Shown here: positions 10,396 to 19,941 of the stretch, piece after piece
Position numbering within the stretch: position 1 is the first letter of the stretch
How the letters are laid out: the number at the start of each line of letters is the position of its first letter
Assembly (NCBI GenBank): GCA_000434035.1
Contig: FR893523.1
Coordinates: 169,276 to 233,275 of the forward strand
Direction of reading: 5' to 3'
DNA from: Clostridium sp. CAG:452
Lineage (GTDB): Bacteria > Bacillota > Clostridia > TANB77 > CAG-508
DNA length: 64,000 nucleotides
The notes under the pieces: model-generated
What the model was told of the DNA's origin: nothing
Seen by the model: only the letters and a program-made list of their open reading frames with translations
Databases searched by the model: none
Made by a program: the position numbers and the translations under genes

Positions 10396-11586
10396 ATGGC
10401 AAGAACAAAAAAAGATAATGAAGAAATTATTGAAGATTTGAAAGCAAATAATAAAAAAGCAAAAAAGAATGAAACAAAAACAGATAATGCAAATAAAGAA
10501 ACAAAAGAAGAAACAACTAAAAAAGTAAAAGATATAGTAGAAAAAGCCAAAGAAAAAGGAAAAATAACATATGGAGAACTTGCCACAGAATTAGGAGATA
10601 TAAATCCAGAACAAATAGATAAAGTATTTGACGCATTTGAAGAAATGGGAGTAGATGTTTTAAAAGACGATTTTGATGAAGAACCAGATGTTGAAGAATT
10701 AGAAAAAGTAGAAGACATAAAGGTAGAAGATATTAATACAATGAACTTTGATGGTATTAATATTGATGACCCGGTTAGAATGTACTTAAGAGAAATAGGA
10801 AAAATTCCATTACTTAGTTTTGATGAGGAGCTAGAACTAGCAAAAAGAGTAATTAATGGAGACGAAGAAGCAAAGCAAAAATTAGCAGAATCAAACTTAA
10901 GATTAGTAGTAAGTATTGCAAAAAAATATGTAGGAAGAGGAATGCTATTCTTAGACTTAATTCAAGAAGGAAATATGGGACTTATAAAAGCAGTAGAAAA
11001 ATTCGATTATACAAAAGGATATAAATTCAGTACTTATGCTACATGGTGGATTAGACAAGCTATTACAAGAGCAATAGCAGACCAAGCAAGAACAATAAGA
11101 ATACCAGTTCACATGGTAGAAACAATTAACAAATTAATAAGAACATCAAGACACCTATTACAACAATTAGGTAGAGAACCAACTCCAGAAGAAATTGCTC
11201 AAGAAATGGAAATACCAGTAGAAAAAGTAATGGAAATTCAAAAAATTGCACAAGATCCAGTATCACTAGAAACACCAATAGGAGAAGAAGACGACAGCCA
11301 TTTAGGAGATTTTATACAAGATGAGGACAGCCCAGCACCACAAGATTCAGCAGCATATACATTATTAAAAGAACAATTAGAAGAGGTTATGAATACACTA
11401 ACACCAAGAGAAGCAAAAGTATTAAAACTAAGATTCGGATTAGAAGATGGAAGAGCAAGAACACTAGAAGAAGTTGGACGTGAATTCCAAGTAACACGTG
11501 AAAGAATAAGACAAATAGAAGCAAAAGCATTAAGAAAATTAAGACATCCTAGCAGAAGCAAAAAATTAAAAGACTATATGAATTAA
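10396..11586 (+). CDS. rpoD: Primary RNA polymerase sigma factor (sigma-70/SigA)
   Basis: Regions 1.2 to 4 are recognisable: [86 protein letters not shown]. Confidence 0.95.
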   Translation: MARTKKDNEEIIEDLKANNKKAKKNETKTDNANKETKEETTKKVKDIVEKAKEKGKITYGELATELGDINPEQIDKVFDAFEEMGVDVLKDDFDEEPDVEELEKVEDIKVEDINTMNFDGINIDDPVRMYLREIGKIPLLSFDEELELAKRVINGDEEAKQKLAESNLRLVVSIAKKYVGRGMLFLDLIQEGNMGLIKAVEKFDYTKGYKFSTYATWWIRQAITRAIADQARTIRIPVHMVETINKLIRTSRHLLQQLGREPTPEEIAQEMEIPVEKVMEIQKIAQDPVSLETPIGEEDDSHLGDFIQDEDSPAPQDSAAYTLLKEQLEEVMNTLTPREAKVLKLRFGLEDGRARTLEEVGREFQVTRERIRQIEAKALRKLRHPSRSKKLKDYMN

Positions 11587-11597
11587 ATATATTATAG

Positions 11598-11614
11598 GGA
11601 GCATTACTGCTCCC
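11598..11614 (+). terminator. Hairpin terminator after rpoD
   Basis: GGGAGCA-TTA-CTGCTCCC followed by ATTTATT. Confidence 0.55.
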
Positions 11615-11814
11615 ATTTATTGTGTAAAAAGGAACGGCAGGCTGTCCGAAAATTAATCAAAAAATGTGCCAATGGGGACGGGGAATTTTGGCACAAAAAA
11701 GAAAAAACTATAATGTAATTTGACAAAACTACCCATTTATGGTAAACTAATTATAGAATTGTGTAATTTAGAGTAAAGAGGTGAATTTTCTTAAAGTAAT
11801 TTAAGAAGAAATTT

Positions 11815-12084
11815 ATGGGATATATTATAAATGCAATTAAGGCATTCGTAAGTAAGGAGCCAAACGAATTTAATGAAGGAAATCTTTCTGTAGCTGAGAA
11901 AAAAGAATTAGATGAAATAATAAAAGAAGATAAAACCGAAGCAATTGAAGATAACTTTTTGAAATCTTTGAAAACAAACAAGCAAAAAGTGGTTGAATTA
12001 CCAAAAAGAAAAGTATACAGAGAAAAATTCGAAGAAAAAAAAGATATTCAGAAAAAAGAAGATAGTAAAAGAGATGAAAGATAA
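11815..12084 (+). CDS. Hypothetical small K/E-rich protein
   Basis: 89-aa ORF followed by a strong terminator. I recognise no family. Coding status is uncertain. Confidence 0.35.
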   Translation: MGYIINAIKAFVSKEPNEFNEGNLSVAEKKELDEIIKEDKTEAIEDNFLKSLKTNKQKVVELPKRKVYREKFEEKKDIQKKEDSKRDER

Positions 12085-12102
12085 TCTAATTTAAACACAT
12101 AA

Positions 12103-12136
12103 AAAACAGAAAATTTTAAAAATTTTCTGTTTTTTA
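12103..12136 (+). terminator. Rho-independent terminator
   Basis: AAAACAGAAAATTTT / AAAATTTTCTGTTTT hairpin followed by a T-run. Confidence 0.6.
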
Positions 12137-12165
12137 TTGACAAAACGCTTCAAACTTATTATAAT
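12137..12165 (+). promoter_or_regulatory. Consensus sigma-A promoter for the tRNA gene
   Basis: TTGACA (12137-12142), a 17-nt spacer, then TATAAT (12160-12165), about 16 nt before the tRNA 5' end. Confidence 0.6.
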
Positions 12166-12181
12166 AATACAAGTTCCAGAT

Positions 12182-12258
12182 GGCGAAGTAGCTCAGTTGG
12201 CTAGAGCATTCGGTTCATACCCGAAGGGTCATGTGTTCGAATCACATCTTCGCTACCA
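12182..12258 (+). tRNA. tRNA with anticodon CAU, either elongator tRNA-Met or a lysidine-type tRNA-Ile2
   Basis: I folded the cloverleaf by hand. Acceptor GGCGAAG/CTTCGCT (G1-U72), D-arm GCTC-AGTTGGCTA-GAGC, anticodon arm TTCGG-TTCATAC-CCGAA, T-arm ATGTG-TTCGAAT-CACAT, and an encoded CCA. It lacks the three G-C pairs of an initiator anticodon stem. Confidence 0.9.
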
Positions 12259-13729
12259 ATTTTTTAGGAGAACTTTCTCCAAAGTCGAGGTATATCAAGA
12301 CTTCCGTAGTCTTAACCTCGATTTTTTTTATGTATTTTTGAACTAGTATTTTTAATTTTTCTTTTGACTTATCTTTCAATTCTGATAAATCTTTCTTTAA
12401 CACTTCTTCTATTTTTTCAGAAGTAATGTAATTATGTGTAGCAATATTATCTTTGAAATTAATTTCATCTTCTATATTTTTCTTTGTATTTTCAATTTCT
12501 TCTAACCTTTTTAACAATGAATCGGTAGCATATCCTTTAGCAACTGCATTTACAATGTTATTTATTTCTTGGTTTATAGATGATAAATTTTCTTTTAAGA
12601 TTTCAACATCGTTTTTACAGTCTTTTTGTGCTTCTATATATTGAGCATTAACTGCTTTTACAATGTTTTCCCTAGTTTCAGCATTAAGCAATTCTTCTGT
12701 AAGCATTTTAATTACTTTATTTTCTATTAATTCTTGCTTTAGAGAAGGCATTTGACACTTGCCTAGTTTGTTATGATTAGAACATCTATAATATCCAGAA
12801 ACATAAGTATTTCCATTTTTCTGTTTTTTTATTGTTGTACCAACATAGGAACCGCCACATTCACATTTTATTAACCCGCTTAATAAGTAAAAGTTCTTTG
12901 CTGTGTTTTCTGCATTTTTTCTTTTAGTTCTTTTATTCATAGCTTTTTCAAAAACCTCCTTGGAAATTATTTGTGGAATAGCATCTTCAAGTATTATAGC
13001 ATCAGCCCTAATTCCATCGTGATTAGATTTAGTTCCTTTATTAAAAATATATTTACCAATATACTTTTCATTTCCTATAATGTCATAAATAGAAGTTTTA
13101 CTAAAGGGCTTATTCTTTTTTGTTTTAAATCCCATTGAATTTAATTTTAAAGCAATTTCTATTAAAGAATAGCCTTCTATATACAGGTCATAAATAAAAC
13201 GAACGCTAGAGGCTTCTCGTTCATTTATAACATACTTTTTATTTACTATATCATATCCAAGAGGAGCAATGCCACCGTTAAATTGTGCGTTTTGGGCATT
13301 AAGTTTCAAAGCTCTTTTAACATTAGAGGCAAGGTTCTGAGAATAATATTCATCCACTCCTGCTAACATTGTTGACATTAACTTTCCTTCTGGCGTTTCT
13401 GTATCAATAGGTTGAGTTATTGAAATTAATTTAATGCCTACTTTTTCTAATTTATTTCTATAATACAAACTATCTATAGCTTTACGTGCAAATCTGTCTG
13501 TTTTCCATACTAAAACAGCTTGGATCTCTTTTGATTTGCAGGCATCTGAAATCATATTTTGAAAGCTATCTCTAGTATCTTTTGTTCCAGATTTAGCTTC
13601 ATCAATGTAATATTTAATTATAGAAATATTATTTTTTTTTGCATATTCTTCTAATTCATTTTTTTGCTGTTCTATTGATTTTTCGTCTTGCAAATTTGAA
13701 GAATATCTACAATAACCATAAGCTAACAT
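12242..13729 (-). CDS. Large serine recombinase (phage integrase)
   Basis: The N-terminal resolvase domain reads YCRYSSNLQDEKSIEQQ...VLVWKTDRFAR. A recombinase domain and a Cys-rich zinc-ribbon (CECGGSYVG...YYRCSNH) follow, then a coiled-coil tail. The last codons and the TGA stop lie inside the tRNA gene. Confidence 0.9.
   Translation of the reverse strand: MLAYGYCRYSSNLQDEKSIEQQKNELEEYAKKNNISIIKYYIDEAKSGTKDTRDSFQNMISDACKSKEIQAVLVWKTDRFARKAIDSLYYRNKLEKVGIKLISITQPIDTETPEGKLMSTMLAGVDEYYSQNLASNVKRALKLNAQNAQFNGGIAPLGYDIVNKKYVINEREASSVRFIYDLYIEGYSLIEIALKLNSMGFKTKKNKPFSKTSIYDIIGNEKYIGKYIFNKGTKSNHDGIRADAIILEDAIPQIISKEVFEKAMNKRTKRKNAENTAKNFYLLSGLIKCECGGSYVGTTIKKQKNGNTYVSGYYRCSNHNKLGKCQMPSLKQELIENKVIKMLTEELLNAETRENIVKAVNAQYIEAQKDCKNDVEILKENLSSINQEINNIVNAVAKGYATDSLLKRLEEIENTKKNIEDEINFKDNIATHNYITSEKIEEVLKKDLSELKDKSKEKLKILVQKYIKKIEVKTTEVLIYLDFGESSPKKLVAKM
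12247..12260. repeat. attL core (tRNA 3' end)
   Basis: TCTTCGCTACCAAT is identical to 47651-47664. Confidence 0.7.
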
Positions 13730-14355
13730 TATTTAAAACTCCTTGTAATATTATATAGCACTCCAATTATTTCGACTGGCAACGTATTAATATCATTTTT
13801 ATCAAATATTAAAGGTGCAAAAGAAGGATTTACAGGTTGTAATAATAAGCCTGTGTCAGTTTTGTAAGCTCTTTTTAGAGTAGCTTCATCGCCGTTAATA
13901 AGAGCAACTACATAATCTCCATTTTCAAAATCACTTTGTTTTTTTATTATCGCAATGTCATTTTCATATATTTCAGGGACCATAGAATTACCCTTTACTT
14001 TTAATGCGAAACAATCCTCGCTTTTTAAACTATTATCATTAACTGTAACATATCCAATAATATTTTCTTCTGCTAAATAATCATATCCTGCTTTTACTAT
14101 ACCTAATACAGGAATTTTATCTGTTTTTTTATGTCTCTCTTCTATTAAATCTGATTTTAAGATTTCTAAATAATCTGCCAGCATTTGTACTGTTCCCATT
14201 CTAGGGTATTTTTTTGCATTGCACCAATCTGAAACAGTAGAAGAAGACAAATTCAAATCATTCATTAAATCCATTTGAGTTTTACCTCGAGTATTCATCC
14301 AATAATTAAGATTTTTAGCAAAAATTTCTTTTTGTTTTTGATTATCTTTTTCCAT
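13729..14355 (-). CDS. CI/LexA-like phage repressor (XRE HTH plus S24 peptidase domain)
   Basis: HTH region KTQMDLMNDLNLSSSTVSDW and S24 region ALKVKGNSMVPEI...DGDYVVALINGDEATLKR. The probable ATG is at 14355 after GGGAG. The stop overlaps the integrase ATG as TAATG. Confidence 0.85.
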   Translation of the reverse strand: MEKDNQKQKEIFAKNLNYWMNTRGKTQMDLMNDLNLSSSTVSDWCNAKKYPRMGTVQMLADYLEILKSDLIEERHKKTDKIPVLGIVKAGYDYLAEENIIGYVTVNDNSLKSEDCFALKVKGNSMVPEIYENDIAIIKKQSDFENGDYVVALINGDEATLKRAYKTDTGLLLQPVNPSFAPLIFDKNDINTLPVEIIGVLYNITRSFK

Positions 14356-14434
14356 CAAAATCACTCCCTGTCTATATTATAAGCTATCGGCGAAAAAAAC
14401 ACAACATTTTTTTAAAAAAATCTCGCTTTTAGTA

Positions 14435-14463
14435 TTGACATCTCGCAAATAACGTGATAATAT
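14435..14463 (+). promoter_or_regulatory. Early rightward promoter with ATCTCGC operator-like repeats
   Basis: TTGACA, a 17-nt spacer, then TAATAT. ATCTCGC occurs at about 14420 and 14440 around the -35 box. Confidence 0.5.
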
Positions 14464-14489
14464 ATGAACAACTTAAGGAGGTGAATAAT

Positions 14490-14747
14490 TTGAAACAATT
14501 CAAAATAAGCTTGGAAGCAGCAAGAGTAAATGCAGGCTTCACTCAAAAAAAAGCGGCTGAATTATTAGGGATAGATAGGAACACTTTGAGAAGTTGGGAA
14601 AAAGGTATTACAAGTCCAACATGGAAAAAATTAAATGAAATAGAAGAGCTTTATAAAATTGATAAAGATTATATTTTTTTACCTTACAATCTCGCTAAAA
14701 GCGTTTCACGTGAAACACAGGAGGTAAAACAATGCAAGAATTTATAG
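14490..14747 (+). CDS. Cro-like XRE-family HTH protein
   Basis: HTH region GFTQKKAAELLGIDRNTLRSWEKG. The probable TTG start at 14490 lies 8 nt after AAGGAGG. It is divergent from the repressor. Confidence 0.7.
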   Translation: MKQFKISLEAARVNAGFTQKKAAELLGIDRNTLRSWEKGITSPTWKKLNEIEELYKIDKDYIFLPYNLAKSVSRETQEVKQCKNL

Positions 14748-14927
14748 AAGACTTTTGTAAGACAATATATGAAATAATTCAAATTGAGGAGGAAAACACA
14801 AATGAAAAAACATAAAATAAACAAAGCAAAATTAGCAATAAACATATTAAAGTTAGAATGTATAGCATTATTAGCATTTACATTTGACGTAATGTTTATA
14901 GCTTATTTAATTAAGTAAAGAAAGGAG

Positions 14928-15113
14928 TTGAGAAATATGGAAACAAAGAAAAAATTAAAAGAAAAAGCAAATAACGCAGAACAAAGAGCAGTAGTACATT
15001 TTAGAAAACTACAAGAAATTGAAAATATTTTAGGACGAGCTGAAATAAATAAGACACCATCTGTAATTGTAGTAGACAAAATAAAAGAAGTTATCGTCGG
15101 TCAAAACAAATAA
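14928..15113 (+). CDS. Hypothetical phage protein
   Basis: 61-aa ORF after AAAGGAG in the early operon. Confidence 0.35.
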   Translation: MRNMETKKKLKEKANNAEQRAVVHFRKLQEIENILGRAEINKTPSVIVVDKIKEVIVGQNK

Positions 15114-15196
15114 CTTCAAAATAAGAATTTGTATAAATTCATATATTTTTATTATACAGATTCTTTCAAAAAAAGTCAAGGAAAGGAATAAGTAAA

Positions 15197-15427
15197 ATGA
15201 AAAGTACAGGAATAGTAAGAAAATTGGACGAGCTAGGTAGAATAGTTTTACCAAGTGAGTTAAGAAAGAATTTAGAAATATCAGCCAAAGACTCAATAGA
15301 AATATTTACGCGAGGAGAAGAGATTGTATTAAAGAAATCTCAACAATCTTTTAAAGTTTGCCAAGAATGTGGAAAAGTACTAAATAAAAATGATAATTAT
15401 TGTAGCGACTGTGGAAAGGAGCAATAG
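15197..15427 (+). CDS. AbrB/MazE/SpoVT-family DNA-binding protein with a C-terminal zinc-ribbon
   Basis: GIVRKLDELGRIVLPSELRKNL...IEIFTRGEEIVLKK is the SpoVT-AbrB swapped-hairpin motif. The C-terminus carries CQECG...CSDCG. Confidence 0.7.
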   Translation: MKSTGIVRKLDELGRIVLPSELRKNLEISAKDSIEIFTRGEEIVLKKSQQSFKVCQECGKVLNKNDNYCSDCGKEQ

Positions 15428-15429
15428 TT

Positions 15430-15558
15430 ATGGAACAAGTAGAAAATCCAATGGTAATGCCAGAGTATGAATATAAATCAGACTACATACCAGACAATGT
15501 ATGGGCAGAAAGAGAAGATAGAGATTACGAAGATAGTATTTTTGAGGAGGAGTTATAA
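15430..15558 (+). CDS. Hypothetical small acidic phage protein (42 aa)
   Basis: ATG lies 8 nt after AAGGAG. The ORF is below the track cutoff and I read it manually. Confidence 0.4.
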   Translation: MEQVENPMVMPEYEYKSDYIPDNVWAEREDRDYEDSIFEEEL

Positions 15559-15560
15559 AC

Positions 15561-16391
15561 ATGAATAGTAATAAAGATCTAATAGTAGTAAAACAATTAC
15601 CTTTAATAGAAGAAAATTTAAAACAATTATCTGTAGAAATAGATGAAAAGGTTAAAAATGCAAAAAGCTTAATTTGTACAGAAGAAACTGTAAAAGAAGT
15701 AAAACAGGTAAGAGCTGACTTAAATAAAGAGTTTAAAGAGTTGGAAACACAAAGAAAACTAGTAAAAGAACAAATATTAGCTCCATATATGAATTTTGAA
15801 GAAATTTATAAACAATATGTATCAGACAAATACAGAAATGCTGATATGGAATTAAAAAACAAAGTAGATAGTACGGAAAATGAATTAAAAGTAAAAAAAG
15901 AGAAAGAAATAAAAGACTATTTTGAGGAATACAAAGTAGCAAGTAATATTGATTTTATTACATACGGACAAGCTAGAATAAACGTAACATTATCAGCAAG
16001 TGTAAAAAATTTAAAAGAACAAGCAAAACAATTTATAGACAAAATAGTAGATGATTTAAAACTTATTGAAACACAAGAACATAAAGCAGAAATATTAGTA
16101 GAATACAAACAAACATTAAATGTATCGCAAGCAATAACAATGGTGACAAATAGATTTAAGGCTATTGAAGAAGAAAAGAAGAGAATGAAACAAGAAGAAG
16201 AACTTCAAAAATCTATTATTGATATTGCGAAAGAATCAGACAAATATAGTGAGCCAACAATATTAAATGCACCAGCCGTAGAAGAAAAAATAGAAGAAAT
16301 TTTAACATTAAAATTTACAGTAAAAGGAACAAGGGCAAAGTTAAAAACTTTAAAAGAATTTTTAATAGCAGGAGGTTATGATTATGAGTAA
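15561..16391 (+). CDS. Phage protein of the type commonly found next to RecT (DUF1351-like)
   Basis: 276-aa coiled-coil protein immediately upstream of and overlapping recT. The assignment rests on context and general resemblance only. Confidence 0.45.
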   Translation: MNSNKDLIVVKQLPLIEENLKQLSVEIDEKVKNAKSLICTEETVKEVKQVRADLNKEFKELETQRKLVKEQILAPYMNFEEIYKQYVSDKYRNADMELKNKVDSTENELKVKKEKEIKDYFEEYKVASNIDFITYGQARINVTLSASVKNLKEQAKQFIDKIVDDLKLIETQEHKAEILVEYKQTLNVSQAITMVTNRFKAIEEEKKRMKQEEELQKSIIDIAKESDKYSEPTILNAPAVEEKIEEILTLKFTVKGTRAKLKTLKEFLIAGGYDYE

Positions 16392-17070
16392 TGAGGTACA
16401 AAAATCAAATCAAGAATTAGTAGTTAAATTTGAAGTAGAAGGTCAAGAAATAAAATTAACTCCTAAAATAGTTCAAGAATACATAGTTGGTAGTGATGTT
16501 CCTATTACAAATCAAGAATTTAAATTGTTTACCGAACTTTGCAAAGTTAGAAAATTAAATCCATTTTTAAGAGAAGCATATTTGATAAAGTATAAAGCTG
16601 GTTCTCCAGCACAATTAGTTGTTGGAAAAGACGCAATATTGAAAAGAGCAGTTTTAAACCCAAATTACGATGGAATGGAATGTGGAATTATCATTCAAAA
16701 AGAAGATGGAACAGTAGAAGAAAGACAAGGAACATTTAGGTTAGGAAATGAGCAACTTGTAGGTGGATGGGCAAGAGTTTATAGAAAAGATTGGACACAT
16801 CCAACCTATTCGAGTGTAAGCTTTAATGAAGTAGCACAAAAGACAGGTCAAGGGCAATTAAATTCAAACTGGGGTAATAAAGGAGCAACAATGGTTGAAA
16901 AAGTTGCTAAAGTTAGAGCATTAAGAGAAACATTTGTAGAAGATTTAGCAGGAATGTATGAAGCAGAAGAAATGCAGCAAGAAATTCAACAAGAGTCTCC
17001 TATTGAAGTACAAGCGGAAATAGAAGAACAAACAGAAGATACAAAAGAGGTATCAATGAATGAACTATAA
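16384..17070 (+). CDS. recT: RecT-family single-strand annealing recombinase
   Basis: NPFLREAYLIKYKAGSPAQLVVGKDAILKRA...GGWARVYRKDW resembles RecT. ATG at 16384 lies 8 nt after AGGAGG. The track start at 16378 is too close to the RBS. Confidence 0.8.
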   Translation: MSNEVQKSNQELVVKFEVEGQEIKLTPKIVQEYIVGSDVPITNQEFKLFTELCKVRKLNPFLREAYLIKYKAGSPAQLVVGKDAILKRAVLNPNYDGMECGIIIQKEDGTVEERQGTFRLGNEQLVGGWARVYRKDWTHPTYSSVSFNEVAQKTGQGQLNSNWGNKGATMVEKVAKVRALRETFVEDLAGMYEAEEMQQEIQQESPIEVQAEIEEQTEDTKEVSMNEL

Positions 17071-17695
17071 AATTGTATCGAGTTGCAGTACAGGAAATGC
17101 AACAATAATTAAAGACATAATTTTAATAGATTGTGGAGTGAGTTTTAAAAGACTAGATAGATATTATAAAAAGTTAAAAATAGTACTTCTTACACATATA
17201 CATTCGGATCATTTCAAAAAAGAAACAATAAAAAAATTAGCTGAAGAAAGACCAACATTAAGATTTGCTTGTTGTGAATGGTTATTAGAACCACTTTTAG
17301 CCTGTGGAGTTAAAAGAAAAAATATAGACATACTTCAAATTGGAACAAGATACGATTATAAGCTATTTAAAATTGTACCAATTAAACTATATCACGATGT
17401 ACCACAATGCGGTTATAGAGTGCTATTTGACAACTATAAAGTTATATATATAACAGACACAAAAACAGTTGAAGGAATAAGTGCAAAGAATTATGACTTA
17501 TATCTTATTGAAGGCAATTATGATGAAGATGAAATAAGAGAAAGAATAAGAGAAAAACAACAAGATTGTAAATATGTTTATGAATTTAGAGCAAAAGATA
17601 GTCATTTAAGTAAGCAACAAGCTAGTGAGTTTTTATTAAATAACATGGGAGAAAATTCAGAATATGTATTAATGCATCAACATGTAGAAAGGTAG
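17060..17695 (+). CDS. MBL-fold metallo-hydrolase
   Basis: VLLTHIHSDH metallo-beta-lactamase motif. It sits in the recombination module. Confidence 0.65.
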   Translation: MNYKIVSSCSTGNATIIKDIILIDCGVSFKRLDRYYKKLKIVLLTHIHSDHFKKETIKKLAEERPTLRFACCEWLLEPLLACGVKRKNIDILQIGTRYDYKLFKIVPIKLYHDVPQCGYRVLFDNYKVIYITDTKTVEGISAKNYDLYLIEGNYDEDEIRERIREKQQDCKYVYEFRAKDSHLSKQQASEFLLNNMGENSEYVLMHQHVER

Positions 17696-17701
17696 AAAAG
17701 T

Positions 17702-18241
17702 ATGCAAACAACAGGTCAAATAACAGATATAAATATAGACTATAAAACGCATAAATCAAAAATTAGCTTACTTTTAGATACAAATGAATTAGAGATTATT
17801 GAGCAATTAAAAAAGCAAGACAAGCTAAATATAGAGCTAAAAAAATGGTATAAAAAACGCAGTTTAGATGCAAATGCTTATTGTTGGGTGCTATGTGACA
17901 TGATAGCAAAAGAAATTAGTAAAGATGGAACGATTACAACTAAAGAAGACATATATAAAGATGCAATAAATAACATAGGAATATTTGAACCGTTCATTGT
18001 TCAAGAAAGTACATACGAGAAATTTAAAAGAATATGGGAAAGACAAGGTTTAGGCTATTTAGTAAAAGAAGTGTCAAAAAAAGACAAAGCAGTCAAAGTG
18101 CATTGTTATTATGGTTCAAGTTCATACGATAGCAAAGAAATGAGTTTGTTAATAGAATTTTTAATACAAGAAGCAAAAACACTAAATTTAGAAACAAAGT
18201 CAAAGCAAGAAATAGATAGCTTACTAAAACAGTGGCACTAG
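17702..18241 (+). CDS. NinB/Orf-like recombination mediator (tentative)
   Basis: KKRSLDANAYCWVLCDMIA resembles the lambda NinB segment RSLDQNRKLWACLGDVS. Confidence 0.45.
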   Translation: MQTTGQITDINIDYKTHKSKISLLLDTNELEIIEQLKKQDKLNIELKKWYKKRSLDANAYCWVLCDMIAKEISKDGTITTKEDIYKDAINNIGIFEPFIVQESTYEKFKRIWERQGLGYLVKEVSKKDKAVKVHCYYGSSSYDSKEMSLLIEFLIQEAKTLNLETKSKQEIDSLLKQWH

Positions 18242-18317
18242 TAGCAGATAATTAAACAGAATAAGAGTAAGGAATTATTGTATTAGTGCCACTATTGCCC
18301 CTTTCAAGGAGGTATAT

Positions 18318-18602
18318 ATGAAATCAATTATGCAGAAAGAAAAAAGATGTTATATATGTGGTTTATATGATCCAGTTGAAGAACATCATATATTTTTCGG
18401 AAATGCAAATAGAAAAATATCAGAGCAGAATGGATTTAAAGTATATCTATGTCAAGAACACCACAGAGGAACAATAGGAGTGCATGGAAGATTAGGACAT
18501 GCTTTAGATACAAGATTAAAACAAGAATGTGAAAAAAGATATATAAATCAAGGACATACAAAAGAAGAATTTATTAAATTAATAGGGAAAAATTATTTAT
18601 AG
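18318..18602 (+). CDS. Small Cys/His-rich phage protein (HNH-like zinc-binding)
   Basis: CYICG...EEHHIFFG...LCQEHHRG pattern. Confidence 0.4.
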   Translation: MKSIMQKEKRCYICGLYDPVEEHHIFFGNANRKISEQNGFKVYLCQEHHRGTIGVHGRLGHALDTRLKQECEKRYINQGHTKEEFIKLIGKNYL

Positions 18603-18614
18603 GAGGAAAGAAAA

Positions 18615-18935
18615 ATGGCAAATAAAAATGAAGTAACAATATCAACAGAAGAATACAAAGAACTTATAAGCAAAGGAGTGCCAAATGAAAACGAAAAATG
18701 GTTTAAGAATAAATTAGAAGAATTTTTATTAGAAAATTTTAAAATAGATGGTAATAAATTAGATATTAAAAATAATTGGGACTTTTGTGATGATTTTGAA
18801 AAGTGGTTAAAAATAATTGATAAAGACATGTATAAGAAAATTTACAACACATTATATGATGAAAAGATAAAGAAAGAAAACGACAAGATGAAAATGGAAA
18901 AAGCAAGAGCAAACAAAGAAATAGATAATAAATAA
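18615..18935 (+). CDS. Hypothetical phage protein
   Basis: 106-aa ORF after AGGAGG. Confidence 0.4.
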   Translation: MANKNEVTISTEEYKELISKGVPNENEKWFKNKLEEFLLENFKIDGNKLDIKNNWDFCDDFEKWLKIIDKDMYKKIYNTLYDEKIKKENDKMKMEKARANKEIDNK

Positions 18936-18990
18936 ACAGCAGGGCTAGACATAAGTTTTAGCCCTTTAATTTTACGAAAGGAGAAAGTGT

Positions 18991-19677
18991 ATGGAGAAAG
19001 TTAGCTTTCTAATGTATTTAGATTATGAAGAACAATTTAATTTATTAACGAACGAAGAATTGGGACAACTTGTAAGAGCAATAATGCAATATGAGAAAAC
19101 AAGACAAGAGCCAGAGTTAGAAGGTACATTGAAAATGGCTTTCTCATTTATTAAGACACAATTAGACAGAGATAGAGAAAAATACAACAAGAAATGTGAA
19201 AAAAATAGAGAGAATGCTAAAAGAGGTGGAAGACCTAAAAAAAACCAAACGGAAAATAAAAAACCGAACGGTTTTTTTGAAAACCAAACGGTTGCCAAAA
19301 AACCCGATGAAGATAAAGAAGAAGATAAAGAAGATGAAGAAGATAAAGAAGATTTATTATTAAAAGAACAACGTGAAAGCAAATTGCAACAAAAGTTTCT
19401 TGAATGTGTCGGTTCAACAAATCTAAACGCAATAAGTGAATGTATAAGTTATTTAGATGATTTACCGTATGAAGTTATAGAAAGTGTATTAATAAGAACT
19501 TCAAGAATAAAAAATCCGAATTGGGCTTATGCAAAAGTAATACTAGATGATTATGTCCGAAAGCGAATAGATAGTTTAGCAAAAATAGAAATAGCAAACA
19601 AGAAGTCGAGCAATAACAATAACAGGGAATATAAGGAAACCGATTTTGACAGCTTGTACGCAAATAAAGGAGGTTAA
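18991..19677 (+). CDS. Phage replication/replisome-organiser-like protein (DnaD-like C-terminus)
   Basis: The N-terminus reads LTNEELGQLVRAIMQYE. A central KE/D low-complexity linker follows, then a C-terminal NWAYAKVILDDYVRKRIDS DnaD-like motif. Confidence 0.45.
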   Translation: MEKVSFLMYLDYEEQFNLLTNEELGQLVRAIMQYEKTRQEPELEGTLKMAFSFIKTQLDRDREKYNKKCEKNRENAKRGGRPKKNQTENKKPNGFFENQTVAKKPDEDKEEDKEDEEDKEDLLLKEQRESKLQQKFLECVGSTNLNAISECISYLDDLPYEVIESVLIRTSRIKNPNWAYAKVILDDYVRKRIDSLAKIEIANKKSSNNNNREYKETDFDSLYANKGG

Positions 19678-19680
19678 TTT

Positions 19681-19932
19681 ATGAAAATAGCACAAAAAGA
19701 TAGAATTATAAATTACATACGAGCATTTGGTTCAATATCTAGCTGGGAAGCATACGCAGACTTAGGAATAACACAGCTAGGAGCAAGAATAGACCAGCTC
19801 AAAAAAGAGGGCTACGAGTTTAAAACAGAATGGGAAAGCAATACAAACAGATTTGGAGAAAAGACAGATTATAAAAGATATTATTTAGCAGATATGGTTT
19901 CAGAGAATATGAACCATATAACACAGATTTAG
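19681..19932 (+). CDS. Winged-helix-like small phage protein
   Basis: 83 aa with a helical DNA-binding-like pattern (ISSWEAYADLGITQLGARIDQLKKEGY). Confidence 0.35.
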   Translation: MKIAQKDRIINYIRAFGSISSWEAYADLGITQLGARIDQLKKEGYEFKTEWESNTNRFGEKTDYKRYYLADMVSENMNHITQI

Positions 19933-19941
19933 GAGGTAGTT

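Noticed and set aside
10377-10718. 113-aa minus-strand S-rich ORF, and similar antisense ORFs in dnaG/rpoD (9583-10059, 11238-11561)
   Set aside because: They are antisense to highly conserved dnaG and rpoD coding sequence.
12137-12346. 69-aa plus-strand ORF
   Set aside because: It runs straight through the tRNA promoter and the tRNA-Met gene and overlaps the integrase 3' end. It is an artefact of the tRNA sequence.
19300-19355. Tandem GAAGATAAAGAAGA-type repeats
   Set aside because: They are in frame within the replication-protein ORF and encode an (E/D/K)-rich linker. This is coding low complexity, not a regulatory or CRISPR-like repeat.
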